A stretch of DNA of 64,000 bases from positions 51,832,001-51,896,000 of the forward strand of contig OZ296649.1 in the NCBI GenBank assembly GCA_965655095.1. The letters are read 5' to 3'. The notes beneath the pieces were generated by a model. The model was not told the DNA's origin. It saw only the letters and a list, made by a program, of their open reading frames with translations, and did no database searches. Below, piece after piece: positions 62,640 to 64,000 of the stretch. The stretch is from Haplodiscus bocki (lineage: Eukaryota). Made by a program: the position numbers and the translations under genes. Position 1 is the stretch's first letter, and every line of letters starts with the position of its first letter.

Positions 62640-63900
62640 TAAATGAAAAATCCAAGATGGAAATTACTAGCGCTCAAGAATATGTCCCCCCTAAAAACCC
62701 ACGTCATGTCCGCTCCAATACAATCAAGCCTCGCGCTGCGGAGTTTCTTTTTGCCGACATATTTACATCAATCAAGACAGAAAACATCTTCGGAGGAATA
62801 ATTGAAGAAAATTCGTTGGAAAGCGCATGGCAAAAAAATTCGAAACGCCACATAATACAAACACCTGATGGTGCACGCACCTAAAGTCGTTACCAATAAT
62901 ACCAACTCCCACTTAGAGGTACCCAGACGTGAAGAGCTTTGAAAAAAACTACATGAAAATGCGACGAAAGTTCTATTGAAGTTCATTGAAAAAGCATTGA
63001 AGACTTTTACAAATCGGGAATACATCCCCTGATAGACCACGTCTTGGTTGTTCCAATGTTACCAATAACCGCATTTGGAGGTAACTGGGCGACGAAATAA
63101 TTGGGAACAAAGCCTTGCAGATATCTTCCCCAAAATTGTTTCAGGGTGAAATTGATGAAGAAAGCTTTGGAAATTTTATTCAGCGCTCAGGGAAACGCCT
63201 CCCTGCCAGCCCACTTCATGGCCCTTCAATCAATACGAAATCCATCGCGAAGTGGTTCTGCTCCTAAGGCTATTTGCAGAAAAATACAAAACTCAGAGAA
63301 TTTTCTGTGTGTAAAAACGAATGAAAAGTCCATCGACAAAAAATGGTTAGCGCCCGGCAATGTAACTCCCTGATAACCCACTTAATGCTTTTTCGGATAG
63401 TTGTAGCCCCCGGCACTGCAGAAAGCGGAGCTGCTGAGAAATTTTCAATTATCCAGATAAAAGTCAGTTTGAAAAAAAATTGGTTGAAGTGGCATGGAAA
63501 ATTTAAGGGCTCGGGAATACTATCCCCTCCCATGATAGCGCAGTTTATTCTGTATCGAATGGTACCAACCGGCAGTTTGGCCTAAGACTTGACAAAGAGG
63601 AAGTTGCAAAAAACACTGAAAAAACTTACCGAAAGGGACTTGTTGAACGTCAAGTTCATAAAATACGCCTGGGAAAAAGGTTTTAACGCTCAAGAATACC
63701 TCCCCCTGGAACCCACTTGATGACTTCGCATTAGTACCACCCCCAACTTTTGGCGGCTCTGCAGACAGAAATGTGACAAATTATTCAATAGAAACTGAAA
63801 AAAAATTGAAAATTTACTACCATGAAAACGGTTGATAATTACATCGATTGGATAGATAAAATACGCTAACATCGTTTACATGCTTGAAATGTCCTCCGCA
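62640..63900 (+). repeat. Degenerate ~170-bp tandem array (7-8 units) encoding a ~57-aa repeat
   Basis: CGCTCAAGAATA-like anchors at about 62671, 62846, 63011, 63184, 63351, 63508, 63687 and 63864. Peptide consensus K.IEKAW.K.F.A(Q/R)EY.P. Confidence 0.7.
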
Positions 63901-64000
63901 CAACCTTTCCCGCCTCCAGGATGTCACTTGAATATGTAAAATACAAGTTCCCGGTGGGAATGGAACTTGGGTTTTTAGATGTTTCAACCCCTCAGGAATG

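Larger units (their letters stand above)
50011..64000 (+). mobile_element. Polinton/Maverick element 2, a different family, more decayed, right end not seen in window
   Basis: Starts AGTAGTATACGGATT (compare element 1 consensus AGTAGTATAGGGATT). Same gene order as element 1. Predicted TSD CTTATC at 50005-50010. Confidence 0.9.

Noticed and set aside
63944-63969. Hairpin CAAGTTCC...GGAACTTG as the right end of element 2
   Set aside because: It has no similarity to the left TIR and no CTTATC TSD.

Overview
AT-rich eukaryotic (animal-like) genomic DNA with two intron-containing host genes on the + strand. One is an ECH1-type dienoyl-CoA isomerase (exons 9941-11712 and 38575-38670). The other is a DUF1399/GRDP-like gene (exons 45566-46591 and 46659-46823). 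The last ECH1 intron (about 26.9 kb) holds a full-length but decayed 21-kb Polinton/Maverick (adintovirus-like endogenous virus, 11841-32902) with ~66-bp TIRs and a perfect 6-bp TSD (TGAATT). A second, strongly diverged Polinton starts at 50011 (AGTAGT), probably inside a GRDP-gene intron, and appears to run off the window. Both elements share the same core gene order: small membrane protein, packaging ATPase, integrase, minor capsid, basic core protein, major capsid, adenain protease, PC4-like, pPolB. The most notable content is the cargo near the termini. Both elements carry an EGF-like (EGFR-ligand spacing) gene just inside the left TIR. Element 1 carries a divergent ribosomal protein uS5/RPS2 homolog and apparent spliceosomal introns. 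Element 2 carries a possible SH2+SOCS-box gene and a ~57-aa tandem-repeat protein. The rest of the window is decayed LINE, SINE-like and Helitron-like repeats. All assignments are by eye from motifs; no database searches were run, and many boundaries are approximate.
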